Below the pieces are notes generated by a model. That model did no database searches. It saw nothing but the letters and a program-made list of their open reading frames with translations, and was not told the DNA's origin. A stretch of DNA of 64,000 nucleotides from Diplonema japonicum (lineage: Eukaryota > Protista > Euglenozoa: Diplonemea): positions 62,001-126,000 of the forward strand of contig OZ025682.1 in the NCBI GenBank assembly GCA_964019335.1, in the 5' to 3' direction. Each line of letters begins with the position of its first letter. The first letter of the stretch is position 1. Shown here piece by piece: positions 62,791 to 64,000 of this stretch. The position numbers and the translations under genes were made by a program.

Positions 62791-63171
62791 CTAGGGGAAG
62801 AAGAAGAAAAAAAAAAAAAGTTACAATACACAAAAAAAAAACAAAAAAAAAAACAAAAAAACCAGGGACACCTTGTGCATGAGGACTCCTCACTATACGC
62901 GCGTTATGCGTGATACTAACCCGAGGGGTGCTCCAACTCGGGGTGTTTTATTTCTTTTTTATACCCCCCATTAACCCTACCCTGGTTTTCTTCTTTTTTT
63001 TTTCTCCCTCTCTTTCCTTTTTTGTTTTCAGTTTTTTTTTTTTTTTTCTTTTCTTATATTCCTTTATCTCTCGTCTCCCTTTCTGTTTCTAAGATTGCAT
63101 CGTGGTATTATTACCCCCCTCTCTTCCCCTTTCCATATAAATTACCTTTATCACAGGACGTGTAAAAGCGA

Positions 63172-63204
<33 letters not shown>

Positions 63205-63213
63205 TTGTATTTA

Positions 63214-64000
63214 ATGACAGCAGTTGCCACCCCTTGTGTACTGCAGACCCCGCTGCAGTTTGAACCACCTGAAACAGTGCATTTCAGAAAGGGTGTGGAC
63301 TTAAACGCGACAAAAACGGGTAAAATTGAAGTAACAAAGCAGTTTTGGAGAGAGTACATTTCAGCCATGCACACAGGGAGGGTTGCAGAGTGCTTCGATG
63401 CGTGGCTGGACGAGAACATAATGTGGCACACCTCAGCGAGAAACCTACCGGTGCACACAAAGGGGAAGATCGAAGTCTGCAAAATGTACAACATAGTACA
63501 ACGGAAAATCATGGGCGGGGAACAAAGCACCGTCTCTATGCGTGTGAATGACGTGACTTACCACCCGAAGACGGACGCTGTGAAGCTTGACTTCACATCC
63601 TCTGTACTGCTCTCCGGTGCAACCTTACCTGAAGTGGAAACAGTCCGATTTACAGTGAAATACAATGATGAAATGAAAATCAAACGGATGGTATCTACTA
63701 TTCTGAACACCTTTATGATCAAGCCCGTAGCCCTGTCAAACGAAAGGGAAACAGATGCCAGAATGAAGTCCGACGAATCTCGTGGTTTGTCTCTTCCTCC
63801 CGCTATGTCTCGTCCGTGTCCCCACAACAACTGGGACCCTGTTCGGGTTAAACGGAAAAATGCTTCGCTGAGGTGCCGTGTTTGTTCTTCACAATGGAAG
63901 CTTCCCGTTGGTAAGGTGACACGGTGCCCGAAATACGTCTCCCCTGATGGGTGCGGGAAGGGATCACTCTGCAATTCCCTCCATGTCAATATGCGAAAAT
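63214..64000 (+). CDS. Tandem family member 5 (3' end runs off the window; absent from the ORF track)
   Basis: ATG at 63214. Translation MTAVATPC...KQFWREYISAMHTGRV...PCPHNNWDPVRVKR...CRVC...CPKYVSPDGCGKGSLCNSLHVNMRK is open to the window end. Confidence 0.87.
   Translation, partial: MTAVATPCVLQTPLQFEPPETVHFRKGVDLNATKTGKIEVTKQFWREYISAMHTGRVAECFDAWLDENIMWHTSARNLPVHTKGKIEVCKMYNIVQRKIMGGEQSTVSMRVNDVTYHPKTDAVKLDFTSSVLLSGATLPEVETVRFTVKYNDEMKIKRMVSTILNTFMIKPVALSNERETDARMKSDESRGLSLPPAMSRPCPHNNWDPVRVKRKNASLRCRVCSSQWKLPVGKVTRCPKYVSPDGCGKGSLCNSLHVNMRK

Overview
Eukaryotic nuclear DNA, almost certainly from a euglenozoan and most likely a diplonemid. Evidence: beta-tubulin ends in -EQY, the 149-aa centrin is of the Leishmania CEN1/T. 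brucei centrin-4 type, there is a TxAP-stalk surface protein, and a fully unidirectional gene cluster is combined with many cis-spliced introns. About 21 protein genes are present, all on the + strand, separated by homopolymer-rich spacers. In order: a large GPI-type surface protein (5' partial), a PIWI-like Argonaute with an RG/RD-rich N-terminus, a sterol glucosyltransferase-like enzyme, a CTL/SLC44 transporter, two or three hypothetical proteins (one winged-helix/LOTUS-like), an SLBP-like protein, two identical beta-tubulins flanking a WSC protein, centrin, EMC1, a kinesin-PH protein, two Na+/K+-ATPase alpha-like P2C pumps, an ABCG transporter, and a tandem family of at least five genes. 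I reconstructed 38 GT-AG introns by hand (32-78 nt, one of 173 nt; 26 begin GTATG). Non-coding elements: a four-copy ~320-bp dispersed repeat, a ~600-bp hairpin/inverted-repeat element and a ~300-bp MITE. The best candidate for an undescribed system is the tandem family, which joins a putative NTF2/SnoaL-like ligand-binding domain to a C-H-C-C zinc ribbon and a canonical C-x8-C-x5-C-x3-H RNA-binding finger. These could be ligand-sensing post-transcriptional regulators. All domain calls are by eye; no searches were run.
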